From NCBI GenBank assembly GCA_963790205.1, contig CAWBNQ010000014.1, forward strand, positions 128,001 through 192,000: a stretch of DNA of 64,000 bases, read 5' to 3'. Positions 9,973-20,129 of the stretch are shown piece by piece (the first letter of the stretch is position 1; each line of letters begins with the position of its first letter). The notes under the pieces were generated by a model. It was not told the origin of the DNA and searched no databases. It saw only the letters and a list, made by a program, of their open reading frames with translations. This DNA comes from Nitrospirota bacterium. GTDB taxonomy: Bacteria; Nitrospirota; UBA9217. The translations under genes and the position numbers were made by a program.

Positions 9973-10140
9973 GTCCCTCGCCTCCTTTCTTTCAGGTTGG
10001 CTATTACCTTAATTATAGCACTCTGAGCAGAAAGTATTCGCCGCTTCGTGAGAGGATATCCAGCGAAGGGAGCGCATAAAGGCCGTGGCGAGAACATTCC
10101 ATTCCCCAGGCATCTCCGCATTGATCACGGAAAGAGGGAG

Positions 10141-10796
10141 TCACGCTGCTGCACGGCGCCGGAAATCCTGGAGGAGCCGTGTCACATCCGCATCGGTCAC
10201 CTGTCTAAAATCCTCGTAGAAATTGCCGACAGCCATGAAATCCCCGGGCATGGCCAGACAAACAAAGACGTCTACCATCCTTTGCAGTTCCGCTGCGGGA
10301 TAGGGAGGGGCAACCGGAACGGCGACTATGAGCTTCCCGACCTGTTCGCGCTTCAGCATCTCCACAGCCGCCTTCCTTCATGGTAGCGCCGGTAGCAACG
10401 CCGTCGTCCACGAGAATAACGGTTTTACTCCGCAGGTCCGCGAGCTTTTGGCCGCTTCGGTACAGCTGCCGCCGGGCGGTCTCCTCACGCTGTCGTGCCG
10501 GTCTCGCCGCGCAGATAATCCTTTGTGACTTCAACCGATGCAACAACATCTTCGTTATAGACAATGCTGCCGGTTTCGGGAATTGCACCTACGGCAAGCT
10601 CGGGCTGCCAGGGGTGTCCTATTTCCCGGACAATAAGGACGTCCAGAGGGGCTTTGAGGCGATTCGCGATCTCGGCCCCGGTGACGACCCCGCCCCGGGG
10701 AAGCGCGAGAACGAGAAAGTCGCGCTGTCCGGCATAGTCTTTGATTTTTTCAGCCAGTTGCGTTCCGGCATCTTTTTTGTCTTTGAACGTCTCAAT
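10141..10796 (-). pseudogene. Phosphoribosyltransferase-family pseudogene
   Basis: FKDKKDAG...VLALPRGGV...PELAVGAI / VILVDDGVATGATM / VAVPVAP...FMAVGNFYEDFRQVTD in different frames; start reads ATT after an AGGAG RBS. Confidence 0.8.
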
Positions 10797-10975
10797 TCTC
10801 CTGATCTAATCTTATCAAATAAGCTTCTGGATCGCGATCCTTCTATACGAACAACAGCAAGTCGCGGATTATAAGTATTAATTGCTTTTCAGAAAAGTTA
10901 TCACAAAAGTCAAGCGACTAAAGTACTAACAAGGCGATCGTTCCTCGTTTCCCTGCCCCTCTTTAACATCACCAC

Positions 10976-11004
10976 TTGACAAGGTGTGGTATATTAAATA
11001 GTAA
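10976..11004 (+). promoter_or_regulatory. Sigma70-type promoter of the structured RNA
   Basis: TTGACA at 10976-10981; extended -10 TGgTATATT at 10987-10995 (alternative TAGTAA at 17-bp spacing). Confidence 0.6.
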
Positions 11005-11306
11005 GGCGTTGCCGGACTGACACTGAGAAGTGTTAAACGTATCTTTAACTTTCGTTGAGGGCCTTAAGCTCCACAACCCGGCGTGATCCGGAAACGGCAA
11101 ACGGCAGTCCGTGAGGATTGTTAAAGTGCCGGTTTGCAGGTCACCAAAGATTGGAAAGCGGAAAGCCCCTGAGGCCGAAGGAGAATTTGGCGAAGGAAAC
11201 GAACCACCTCAGGATTTGCGAGAGCTGATCCCAGAAGTGATCGTGGATCTTACCGAATATCCCGAGGTTCAACGGAATGATTAAGATGCGGGTCCAAAGC
11301 AGCGCC
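11005..11306 (+). ncRNA. Unclassified highly structured non-coding RNA, about 300 nt
   Basis: No ORF; 5' GGCGTTGC pairs with 3' GCAGCGCC; nested long-range helices; GAGA, GAAA, GTGA and GAGA tetraloop hairpins; bounded by promoter and intrinsic terminator. Confidence 0.8.
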
Positions 11307-11325
11307 GTATTTATTGTTAAAAACG

Positions 11326-11361
11326 AAAGCCGGCAGGGGACGAATCCCTGCCGGCTTTTTT
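11326..11361 (+). terminator. Rho-independent terminator (possibly bidirectional)
   Basis: AAAGCCGGCAGGG...CCCTGCCGGCTTTTTT. Confidence 0.9.
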
Positions 11362-11466
11362 CGTTCCCTCATCAAGGAAACCCTTCGCATCGTTATGCTA
11401 GAGGATAAAAAACGCCGCTCATGTTCAGTAAGCGGCGTCCCTGTTGCTCCTTGAGCATCAGCGTGA

Positions 11467-11865
11467 TTATGATTTCTTCTGTCCGGTCTGGGAGGCCTTC
11501 AATGCCGCCAGGTACTTGCGCTTGTTTTCGAGGACCTCGGATTTCAATACCGACGCGTCCCTGTTCACCAGGCGCTCGACCGGGCGGTTGTTCATGAAAT
11601 GCTCGCGAACGATCTCGGGCACATCGGTCTTCTGCACTCCCGAGTACCACACGCCGTCCGGATAGACAACCATGTTCGGACCGCGTTCGCAGAGACCGAG
11701 CGAGCCCGATGCGGTCACGTGGATCTCGTCGGCAAGGCCGGTTTTGCCGAGTTCGGCGCGGAGCGCTTCGAGGACTTCCTTGCTCCCCTGGTTGGTGCAG
11801 CTCGGGGCTTTCGGGTCCGGCTTCTCCTGCGTACAGAGGTAGACATGATAACGGAACGGTTCCAT
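11467..11865 (-). CDS. Thioredoxin-like [2Fe-2S] ferredoxin
   Basis: RBS GAGGAGG; HVYLCTQ...SC...GLCERGPNMVVYPDGVWYSGV. Confidence 0.85.
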   Translation of the reverse strand: MEPFRYHVYLCTQEKPDPKAPSCTNQGSKEVLEALRAELGKTGLADEIHVTASGSLGLCERGPNMVVYPDGVWYSGVQKTDVPEIVREHFMNNRPVERLVNRDASVLKSEVLENKRKYLAALKASQTGQKKS

Positions 11866-12109
11866 TGTGCTCCTCCTCGAAATAAGAATTATTCCACGCA
11901 AAACAGTAGCACAAACAACTGAAAAAGACAATTGGCGGATGGAACGGTAAGCACCATTGCGCCGGACCGTGAACAGGTCCCCGGTTGAAAGGGAATGCGT
12001 TTGATACACCTGCAAACGTGCGCGTTGGCTGAAGCGGGACAACTATCGATTACCTATTGAAAGGTACGGGGAAGGACTCACCGCTGATTTCACCGGTTGA
12101 TTTCGGTCA

Positions 12110-13228
12110 CTATGTCCGCTTCCCGGTCTCAGGCCGGTGAATATTCAGAAACCATCGGTCAAGCAATACACGCCGGGAAAACCATCTGCTTTTCATGAGC
12201 CTGCGGCTCATGAAACGTCTCGCCGCCTGAGGCAGTATCGAAGGAGTCGTATCGCCTTTGCCGAAACGCTCTGCTAACAGGAGCGGATATCGTAAAAGAC
12301 TGTTGCGTTGATAATCCCCGGCAGCGGAAAGGATGACATCTGTCGCCGTCAAGGCGGACTCTACTGCCGGCTGGATTCCCTCGCCGCTTTTAGGATATGC
12401 CAGGCCGGCTGAATCCCCGATGAGCATCACACCGTCATCAACCAGGGTTTGGGATGCGCCTTTGTACAGCATATAGGCATGACCCCTGAAGTTGCGGGGG
12501 GTATTCACCGGGATTCTCTTCCTCTCTTTCAGATAATCAAAGAATGATCTCACCTGCTCCGCAACGTCAGCGCTGTCTTCACGACCCAGCCCTATATTGA
12601 GAAAATTCCCTTTTCGAAAACACCATCCATACCCCTTCAGGTCCTCGCAAAAGAAAAGCTCGGGAGTGTCTCCCGCCACTTGGCAATCGCGCTGCTCCGA
12701 CTCATCCATCTCAAATTCCACTTCCTGGGCGATCACCGCCGGTGCGTTTCGCTCCCGGTTCCCCCTGAGGAGCCTTGAAACGGGACAGAAATGGCCTCCA
12801 GCGCCGATCACCAACGGGGTCTTCACGTCATCATTGACGATCCAGGCGCCTTTTTCCCGCTCCATGGTCTTGAGGGGTTCTCCAAGCCGCAGACGCGCGC
12901 CGCTGCGCTGAAGAAGGTAGTTGTCGAATTCAGAGCGGCGGATGCCGTAGCTGACCGTGCTTTCGTACCGTGTAACGACCTCCGCCCCCCCGATCATGCT
13001 GGTCTTAAATCCGCTGATGTATTGCAGCACCCGTTCCCGGGAATATTCGTCCTTGTCCAACTGCAGGAGGCCTGTGGTTGTAGGCGTGATCCAGCCGGCG
13101 CAGACCTTGTCCCGCGGGAACGTACTTCTATCGAGGACCAATACGTCCAGGCCGCGGTTTCTCAGCTTCCAGGCGAGCGTGGAGCCCGCGGGGCCGCCGC
13201 CGACGATGAGAACGTCACACGAGTCCAT
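12110..13228 (-). CDS. Geranylgeranyl-reductase-family FAD oxidoreductase
   Basis: DVLIVGGGPAGS, FPRDKVCAG, GYGWCF, IGDSAGLAYPKSGEGI. Confidence 0.9.
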   Translation of the reverse strand: MDSCDVLIVGGGPAGSTLAWKLRNRGLDVLVLDRSTFPRDKVCAGWITPTTTGLLQLDKDEYSRERVLQYISGFKTSMIGGAEVVTRYESTVSYGIRRSEFDNYLLQRSGARLRLGEPLKTMEREKGAWIVNDDVKTPLVIGAGGHFCPVSRLLRGNRERNAPAVIAQEVEFEMDESEQRDCQVAGDTPELFFCEDLKGYGWCFRKGNFLNIGLGREDSADVAEQVRSFFDYLKERKRIPVNTPRNFRGHAYMLYKGASQTLVDDGVMLIGDSAGLAYPKSGEGIQPAVESALTATDVILSAAGDYQRNSLLRYPLLLAERFGKGDTTPSILPQAARRFMSRRLMKSRWFSRRVLLDRWFLNIHRPETGKRT

Positions 13229-13238
13229 GTTCCCTCCT

Positions 13239-14489
13239 TCAGCTACGCGCCTCTGTATACAGATGGGCCCTTGTCCAGGGAAGATCGTTGTTGTCCGGAT
13301 GTGCAAAGACCACCTGGAAGAGCTGGAGATTGCCGGCAGTAAAGGACGCAACGGACCCGGCAAGATACAGCCGCCACAAGCGCAGAAACTTCTGATCGAA
13401 CATCGTGCCTATTCGGTCCCTCGAATGTTCGAATCTCTCGAGCCAGTGCTCCAGCGTTTTCGCATAATGCAGCCGAAGGTTTTCAACATCGAGGATGGAA
13501 AGCCCGGAAGGCTCGAATATCTCCATCATCTCCCGCAGAGTAGGCGGGTAGGCGCCGGGAAATATGCGCTGTTCGATCCAGGGGTTCATCGGCTCCGCCC
13601 TGTTTCGTCCTATGGAGTGTATGAGCCCTCTCCCGTTCTCCGTCAAAGAGCGTCGTATGACCTGGCCGAGCTCTCGGTAATACCGGGCGCCCACGTGTTC
13701 CAGCATCCCGATGGACACGAAGACGTTGAATCTGCCCGACATGTTCCGGTAATCATCCTCGATATATTCCACCACGTTGCCCAGCCCTTCCGCTTTCGCT
13801 TGTTCACGGGCGCTGATCACCTGCTGATGAGAAATATTATAGGCTTTTACCCTGACCCCGTAATGCCTGGCCATGTGGAGCGCCAGGGTCCCCCATCCGC
13901 ACCCCGCTTCCACAACCGTTTCCCCGGGCCTGAGCCTCAGCTTTTTGCACACATGGTCCATCTTGGCGATCTGGGCCTCTTCCAGCGTAGCAGCGGGCGC
14001 CGGGAAATAGGCGCACGTATACTGCATTCGTTCATCAAGCCAAAGCCGGTAAAAATCGTTGCCGATATCGTAGTGATCATGGATGTTGTCTCTCGATCCG
14101 CTCAACGTGTTCAACCGGGGCCGGCTGATGATCTTTGTTCTGTAGGCGTCGACCAGACCTCCTCTGGTTGCCGTCAACATGCTCTTGAATATGGAATCCA
14201 GGACCTCGACCAGATCCCCTTCTACATCGATGTTCCCCTCGCTGTAAGCGTCGCCGAAGTAAAGTTCGGGATGGACAAGAAATCGCAGCAGTGTTTGTCG
14301 ATCGCGGAAAATAATCGTGCCGACAGATTTCCCCTTTGCCGAATAGATCTTGCCGCCGTTCCTCATAACCATGGTGACAGGAGGGTCGCCCAAGTGCGCC
14401 ATCTCTCTGCGGAGAAGCCACTTCTCAATTTCGAATAGTCCGTCAAACCCGAAGATGCCGAGGTCTTTGGCTTTAACTGATTCGTCCAT
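13239..14489 (-). CDS. cfa: Cyclopropane-fatty-acyl-phospholipid synthase family methyltransferase
   Basis: HYDIGNDFY, MQYTCAYF, EAGCGWG, SIGMLEHVG, IFPG, HYAKTL. Confidence 0.9.
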   Translation of the reverse strand: MDESVKAKDLGIFGFDGLFEIEKWLLRREMAHLGDPPVTMVMRNGGKIYSAKGKSVGTIIFRDRQTLLRFLVHPELYFGDAYSEGNIDVEGDLVEVLDSIFKSMLTATRGGLVDAYRTKIISRPRLNTLSGSRDNIHDHYDIGNDFYRLWLDERMQYTCAYFPAPAATLEEAQIAKMDHVCKKLRLRPGETVVEAGCGWGTLALHMARHYGVRVKAYNISHQQVISAREQAKAEGLGNVVEYIEDDYRNMSGRFNVFVSIGMLEHVGARYYRELGQVIRRSLTENGRGLIHSIGRNRAEPMNPWIEQRIFPGAYPPTLREMMEIFEPSGLSILDVENLRLHYAKTLEHWLERFEHSRDRIGTMFDQKFLRLWRLYLAGSVASFTAGNLQLFQVVFAHPDNNDLPWTRAHLYTEARS

Positions 14490-14749
14490 TTTTCTCTCCC
14501 TCATGTAAAGCGTCAGAAGTTTCAATGTAACTTAGTGCATTTTTGGGAGTACCTCACTTCATTACTATAAATATAATAGGTATTTAAGCCTTGTCAACCC
14601 CGCACCCCTCATAAATACGGCATTCCCAAAGCGACCTGGTATAATCACAGAGTAGCACTATCTATCTATGCGTTTTTTGCCTCTTCATCGTATGGGGTAA
14701 GTTACCCGGTCGAGCAAAAGCTATCCTCAGGAAGAACGTCAGGGAAAAG

Positions 14750-15925
14750 ATGGAACAAAACGCTTCCAAGACTCTGGTCCGGAATGTCATGTTTGAATTT
14801 GCCGATCTTACCGGGCTGGTATCAACACGGGTAGCGCCGCGGCGCTACTTATGGACCGACGCGTTTGCCGTCTGCAACTTCCTGGAGCTTTTTCGTCAAA
14901 CGAATGATGAGCAATACAAGCAGCTCGCCCTGCGGCTCGTCGATCAGGTCCATCACATACTCGGACGACACCGTGACGATGACCCGCGAACCGGATGGAT
15001 CAGCGCTCTCGATGAAAGAGAAGGCGCACTACACCCCACACGGGGCGGGTTACGGATCGGCAAGAGGATGAACGAACGCAGACCCGATGAACCTTATGAC
15101 GAACAACGGGAATGGGACCAGGACGGACAGTACTATCATTACCTCACGAAATGGATGCACGCTCTTAGCCGGGTGAGCCGGGTCACGGGAGATCCGACCT
15201 ACAACAGGTGGGCGATCGAGCTTGCGAAAACGGCGCATGCCGGGTTTACCTACGCTCCGTCCCCCGGCGGCCGAAAACGCATGTACTGGAAGATGAGCAT
15301 TGACCTCTCCTATCCGCTCGTAGCATCGATGGGACATCACGATCCTCTCGACGGACTCATCACGTACCTCCACCTGCAGGCGACCGCGTCAAAAGCCTCC
15401 GATAAATCGGCACGGTTCGACCTCAGCGCAGAGATTACGGACATGGCCGCTATGTGTGAAGGAAAAAGATGGGAAACAGACGACCCCCTTGGCCTTGGCG
15501 AGCTCTTGAGTACCGCATACAAACTGGCTCAATTGATACTCATCGAAGGTCTTGTGCAGACCGACCTTCTGGATGCTCTCTTGAGTTCATCCCTGGTTAG
15601 TTTACAGGCCTCTGCGGGCAGGGACCTCTTGAAGCTTCCTGCCCGATACCGGCTTGCATTCCGGGAGTTGGGATTGTCTATCGGATTGCACGCGATCGAG
15701 AGGTTGCAAGGACTGATCAAACAAACTCCAGGCGATTTCAACGGGAAACCTCGTCTGCTTTCGCGGACCGAAAGCCTGATGCAGTATACACCTCTCAGTG
15801 ACAGTATCAAGACGTATTGGCTTGACCCCTCCAACAGACAAGCGAGCGAATGGATGGCGCATCGTGATATCAATATGGTCATGCTGGCAACCAGTCTGGC
15901 CCCCGAGGGGTATCTCTCCCTGTGA
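14750..15925 (+). CDS. Conserved hypothetical protein (possibly six-hairpin alpha/alpha toroid)
   Basis: 391-aa ORF with distinctive RRYLWTDAFAV, GGLRIGK, DGQYYHYLTKW motifs. Confidence 0.7.
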   Translation: MEQNASKTLVRNVMFEFADLTGLVSTRVAPRRYLWTDAFAVCNFLELFRQTNDEQYKQLALRLVDQVHHILGRHRDDDPRTGWISALDEREGALHPTRGGLRIGKRMNERRPDEPYDEQREWDQDGQYYHYLTKWMHALSRVSRVTGDPTYNRWAIELAKTAHAGFTYAPSPGGRKRMYWKMSIDLSYPLVASMGHHDPLDGLITYLHLQATASKASDKSARFDLSAEITDMAAMCEGKRWETDDPLGLGELLSTAYKLAQLILIEGLVQTDLLDALLSSSLVSLQASAGRDLLKLPARYRLAFRELGLSIGLHAIERLQGLIKQTPGDFNGKPRLLSRTESLMQYTPLSDSIKTYWLDPSNRQASEWMAHRDINMVMLATSLAPEGYLSL

Positions 15926-15970
15926 TATGACAGTGGAGCCGCAGGCGACCAGCCGCGACCGGAGAACACG

Positions 15971-17149
15971 ATGATCACCGTCAAGGACATAGAGCAGGCG
16001 CAGAAGAACATCGGACAGTTTATCCACCGGACCCCGCTCATCCCCTCGAATTCCTTGAGCTTCCTCTCGGGCGCCGGCGTGTACCTGAAGCTGGAGAACC
16101 TGCAGAAAACGGGCTCCTTCAAGGTGCGGGGCGCGTTCAACAAGCTCGTCAAGGTGAAGGACCAACGCGTGATCGCCGCGTCCATGGGGAACCATGCCCA
16201 GGCCGTGGCCTATGCGGCCGCCAAGCTCGGCAAACACGCCGTGATCGTGATGCCCGAGACCGCGTCCCTGGTCAAGCAGGAGGCGACGAAGGGATACGGC
16301 GCCGAGGTCGTGCTTTGCGGCGAGCACTTCAGCGACGCCCTGGACCATGCCCACGGCAGGAAGGACGCCCTGTTCATCCATCCCTTTGATGACGACGACG
16401 TGATCGCCGGCCAGGGCACGGTCGGCCTGGAGATCGGAGAGGAACTCCGCGGGATCGACGTTGTCCTGGTCCCCGTCGGAGGCGGCGGGCTCCTTGCGGG
16501 AACTGCCGCGGCCGTCAAGGCGCTCTCTCCGTCGACGAAGATCATCGGCGTTCAGGCGGCATCAGCAGTCTCGGCCTGCGTTTCCTTTGGAGAGCACAAG
16601 GTCTGCGAGCGGGTCCCCGGACCGACCATCGCCGACGGTATCGCAGTGGGCAGGGTGGGCGAGCGGACCCTTGCGCTCATGGCTGCCCACGTGGACGCCA
16701 TGCTCTTCGTGGACGAGGACGCCATCGCCCGCGCGGTCCTGCTGTTCCTGGAGCGGAAGAAGCTCGTTGTCGAGGGCGCCGGGGCCGTGCCCCTGGCAGC
16801 GCTCCTGGAGAACGCGGACCGCTTTCGCGGCAAACGGGTCGTCCTGGTGGTGAGCGGCGGGAACATCGACTTCACGCTCGTGGACCGGATCATCCTGAAA
16901 GGCCTGGTGACCTCCCATCGCATCGGCGTGTTCTCGGTGGTCCTCGACGACGTGGCCGGGAGCCTCCACGCGGTCACCGGGGTCCTCGGAGCGCAGAAGG
17001 CGAACATCCTCGACGTGGCCCATGTCCGGCTGGACCGCGACGTGCCCATCGGCAGGACCAAGGTGGTCTTCACCGTCGAAGTACGCGGGAAGGACCATCT
17101 CGCCGGGGTCTTCACAGCGCTTCGGGACAAAGGGTACAAAGTCGATTGA
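15971..17149 (+). CDS. ilvA: Threonine ammonia-lyase with C-terminal ACT domain
   Basis: KLENLQKTGSFKVRGA (PLP lysine), SMGNHAQ, GQGT, VGGGGL, SGGNID. Confidence 0.93.
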   Translation: MITVKDIEQAQKNIGQFIHRTPLIPSNSLSFLSGAGVYLKLENLQKTGSFKVRGAFNKLVKVKDQRVIAASMGNHAQAVAYAAAKLGKHAVIVMPETASLVKQEATKGYGAEVVLCGEHFSDALDHAHGRKDALFIHPFDDDDVIAGQGTVGLEIGEELRGIDVVLVPVGGGGLLAGTAAAVKALSPSTKIIGVQAASAVSACVSFGEHKVCERVPGPTIADGIAVGRVGERTLALMAAHVDAMLFVDEDAIARAVLLFLERKKLVVEGAGAVPLAALLENADRFRGKRVVLVVSGGNIDFTLVDRIILKGLVTSHRIGVFSVVLDDVAGSLHAVTGVLGAQKANILDVAHVRLDRDVPIGRTKVVFTVEVRGKDHLAGVFTALRDKGYKVD

Positions 17150-17192
17150 GTATGAGAGCGTTCATTTGTGGACGTTTTTCCCGAAGGCCGCG

Positions 17193-17936
17193 TTAATACA
17201 GTTTACGGCATGGTGTCCCCGCTTTTTCGAACGCGGCTCTTAATTCCTCGCCTTTCTCAAGAAAGAAATCCTCATCCAGCGCCCATGTCATTCCGTGTTT
17301 CTTATATGCCCAATCGGCATAATGGTAATTGTACCGGTCGATCAGAACATGGTCCACCCTGCCCTTGAGCATGTCCACAAGCCCCTCGGCATGGGGAAGC
17401 AGGGGCGCGATCATGACAAAGGTCGGGATCCCCTCTGCATGAAGAATTCCCAATGCCTCGACCCGCGCAGCGGCAGGCGGAGCGCCCGGTTCGAATATCC
17501 TCCGCACCTTCTCATCGGCAGTGGTTATGGTGAATCCGACCTCAACGTTCGTTGATCTCTTCAGGATCGCAAGGTCCCGCAGGACCAGGGGAGATTTTGT
17601 CTGGATCGTGATTGGCCACCCTTGTTCAACGAGGATTTCGAGGCACCTCCTGGTGAGCAAATACTTTTTTTCCAGGGGTTGATATGCATCGCACACCCCG
17701 CTTATCCAGACCCGTCCCTTCTTCTTTTTCTTCACCTCCCGGGCCAGGAGTTCGGCAGCGTTTATTTTTACATCGACGAACGCTCCCCACGGCTCCCGGT
17801 GCCCGGTAAATCTCTTCATGAACTTTGCGTAGCAGTAGACGCAGCCATGCTGGCATCCCACATAGGCATTCAAGGCAAAGTCATAGATCTGAGATTTCGA
17901 GAGGATGGCCTTTGCTTCGATCTCTTTGACGATCAT
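17193..17936 (-). CDS. Radical SAM protein (spore-photoproduct-lyase-like)
   Basis: NAYVGCQHGCVYCYA CxxxCxxC; DAYQPLE; TKS. Confidence 0.88.
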   Translation of the reverse strand: MIVKEIEAKAILSKSQIYDFALNAYVGCQHGCVYCYAKFMKRFTGHREPWGAFVDVKINAAELLAREVKKKKKGRVWISGVCDAYQPLEKKYLLTRRCLEILVEQGWPITIQTKSPLVLRDLAILKRSTNVEVGFTITTADEKVRRIFEPGAPPAAARVEALGILHAEGIPTFVMIAPLLPHAEGLVDMLKGRVDHVLIDRYNYHYADWAYKKHGMTWALDEDFFLEKGEELRAAFEKAGTPCRKLY

Positions 17937-18081
17937 GGCTTATTATACAGCAGGAGCACGAGGGGGGGAAAGGTCAAATCAAGTAAATGAAACTTAAACC
18001 CGATGACCCGTTGCTCCTCCCGCCTGAAAAGAAGGATACAGTCCATGCTTTCCATGATATACTGCCCGACAAGGTTGCGAT

Positions 18082-18566
18082 ATGGAGAAGATCAGCAAGA
18101 CCCGGAAGAAAGAGCAGGCCTTGTCCGCCCAGGATCTGAGAGAAAACTCGTAAAATTGCCCGGGGAGCAGCCCGGGAAGATCGCGCTTCCCGAAGAGGTT
18201 ATAAGCGCCGTTACTCAGGCGAAAACGATCAAGAAACACGGGGCACGCAAGAGGCAGATGCAGTATATCGGCGTCTTGATGCGCAAAATCGATGCAACGC
18301 CGATTCAGGAAGCCATACAGAACCTGGAAGAGGGTCACCGCAGGCAGGCTGAACTGCACAAGCAAGTGGAGCACTGGAGGGATGAACTGGTACGCGGGAA
18401 CGATGCATTGATCGGGGAGATTGTGCGTGCCTTGCCCGATGCCGGGAAGGAGCAATTAACGGATCTCGTCAAGAAGGCCAGGGAAGAGCTGAGAAAAACG
18501 AAGCCTTTTCCCGCCCCGGCCCGCGCTTTGTTTCGGTATCTTCATAAATCTGATCAACGGCCATAG
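18082..18566 (+). CDS. yjgA: Ribosome biogenesis factor YjgA/DarP (DUF615), one frameshift near 18143
   Basis: MEKISKTRKKEQALSAQDL in one frame, then KLVKL...HGARKRQMQYIGVLMR...EHWRDEL...ARALFRYL; one missing A restores the frame. Confidence 0.8.
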
Positions 18567-18712
18567 TCGATCGACTATCGACTGTTTCGTCTCCCTGCAC
18601 ACCGTCGCTTTTAAGCCGTTTTTTCAGTCCTGCTTTCCAGATCCATCGGTGATTTTCTAGAGAAAAAGAGAAAATCAAATATTAAAGACCTTACCCTAGA
18701 GATGCTTCTTAT

Positions 18713-19981
18713 TCACCGCGCGTTTTCCTTGTCATGAGGTTTTCTGGTCAGGAGCCCCGGCAAAAATAACGCCAACAGGGTGTATGTCAGGAACAGGTAA
18801 TACCCCGGCTGCAGCGAAGTGCCGTTCGTCGTTAAGATCTCAAGATCCCGGCTTGCCGAACTTACTTGATCGAGCTGACTGGTAATAATCCCGTTCATTC
18901 CGATATAGGCCATAAATATGGCAACCACCATGACATCGGCCATTGACCATTTCCCGGATTTCAAGACAAAAAACCTGATGAACGGGTTCTCCCGTGAACG
19001 GTGATAATTGTAATAATATCCCAAAGACGAGGCTATTTTGAACAGCGGGAAAAAAATACTGAAGGTAATCAGCAAGACCCCGACAAATTTCATCTGAAGA
19101 TCCTTATAGCTGATCAAAACCCTGAATACATCCAGAACGCTTTTGCTCCGGAAATACAAGACCTGGTCCTCAAAATGGACGGGATGCCCCATCAACTCAA
19201 AACTCATGTGTGAGACTTTTGCTTCCAGATCGATCATGGGCGTGGTTACGCCGGCTGTCAGCAACAGGACCAGGGACAGGATGATGAGTGCAAAACGGGC
19301 GGGGGTCAGGGGTCGCCTGCTGAAACCGGACAACGCAAAAAGGACGACCTGCAGAAGGATCAACAGGATGGCCTCTTTCCGTATCATGTCCTGCCCGGCC
19401 GAAATTTCCTTATTGAGTCTGGTCCTCGCGCTTTCGATATCCTTGGAACCGGTCCGAAGAAGAATGCGGCCCAGTTGGGATGCGTTCCGGGTATCAACGG
19501 TTTGGTCCAAATAGTGTTTAAGCCATTTCTTCAGCATGGCCTTTATCTGGCCGCTTGTTTTCGATTTCGTCAGCTCATGCATGACGGCATCCGTATATTC
19601 AGGAATGTCTTTTTTTAAATCTTCCGGGTTGATAAAAATATCTATAAGCGATTGTTTGAGCCCACCCCCTTCCCTCATTTTCTGTTCGACTTTATCAATA
19701 AGCGTATTCAACAGGACTTCGACATGTTTTCGGATTTCCCGCTCGTCCGTTTTTGACAAATACAGTTTGTCGATCTCCTCGGCAAGAATTACACTTATTT
19801 GTCGTTTCCATTCTTCAACATTAAAAAGACCGTATTTGACATGGTTGAGTTCGGCATAATCATTTTTGTTCTTTTGGTTAAAAATTGAATTTGAAATAAT
19901 TTGCTGGCATAAAATGACCGATGCGATGACGATCATTGAGAATGAAAACAATTTGAGCAGTTTTACAATAGTGGCTTTCAT
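18713..19981 (-). CDS. Paraquat-inducible protein A (PqiA)-domain membrane protein
   Basis: FSIFFPLFK, SGKWSMADVMVVAIFMAY; AT-richer than flanks. Confidence 0.8.
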   Translation of the reverse strand: MKATIVKLLKLFSFSMIVIASVILCQQIISNSIFNQKNKNDYAELNHVKYGLFNVEEWKRQISVILAEEIDKLYLSKTDEREIRKHVEVLLNTLIDKVEQKMREGGGLKQSLIDIFINPEDLKKDIPEYTDAVMHELTKSKTSGQIKAMLKKWLKHYLDQTVDTRNASQLGRILLRTGSKDIESARTRLNKEISAGQDMIRKEAILLILLQVVLFALSGFSRRPLTPARFALIILSLVLLLTAGVTTPMIDLEAKVSHMSFELMGHPVHFEDQVLYFRSKSVLDVFRVLISYKDLQMKFVGVLLITFSIFFPLFKIASSLGYYYNYHRSRENPFIRFFVLKSGKWSMADVMVVAIFMAYIGMNGIITSQLDQVSSASRDLEILTTNGTSLQPGYYLFLTYTLLALFLPGLLTRKPHDKENAR

Positions 19982-20129
19982 CGTAGTGGCTTGGGAGGAA
20001 GTTCCGGGCTCACGGCCCGTAGTCGTGTATAAAACTTTTTTCGTACGTACAGCATCCTCGTGCTGTACGTCTGCACCCTTGTGACGGGCAATGCTTACGT
20101 TTCAATTATACATCGATAAGAGGTTTGCG

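Noticed and set aside
11005..11306. tmRNA, RNase P RNA, SRP RNA, 6S RNA or group I intron identity for the structured RNA
   Set aside because: No tRNA-like T-arm/CCA end, no GAGGAAAGTCC or ACAGAANNCGGCTTA, no CAGG..GGAA..AGCAG loop, too branched for 6S. The GTTCAACG and AAGATGCGGGTCC resemblance to group I R/S elements is not supported by the pairing order, and no host gene is interrupted
13239..14438. Long antisense ORFs (for example 12957-14438, 3778-4923, 62250-63512)
   Set aside because: Shadows of GC-rich genes on the opposite strand, with no motifs
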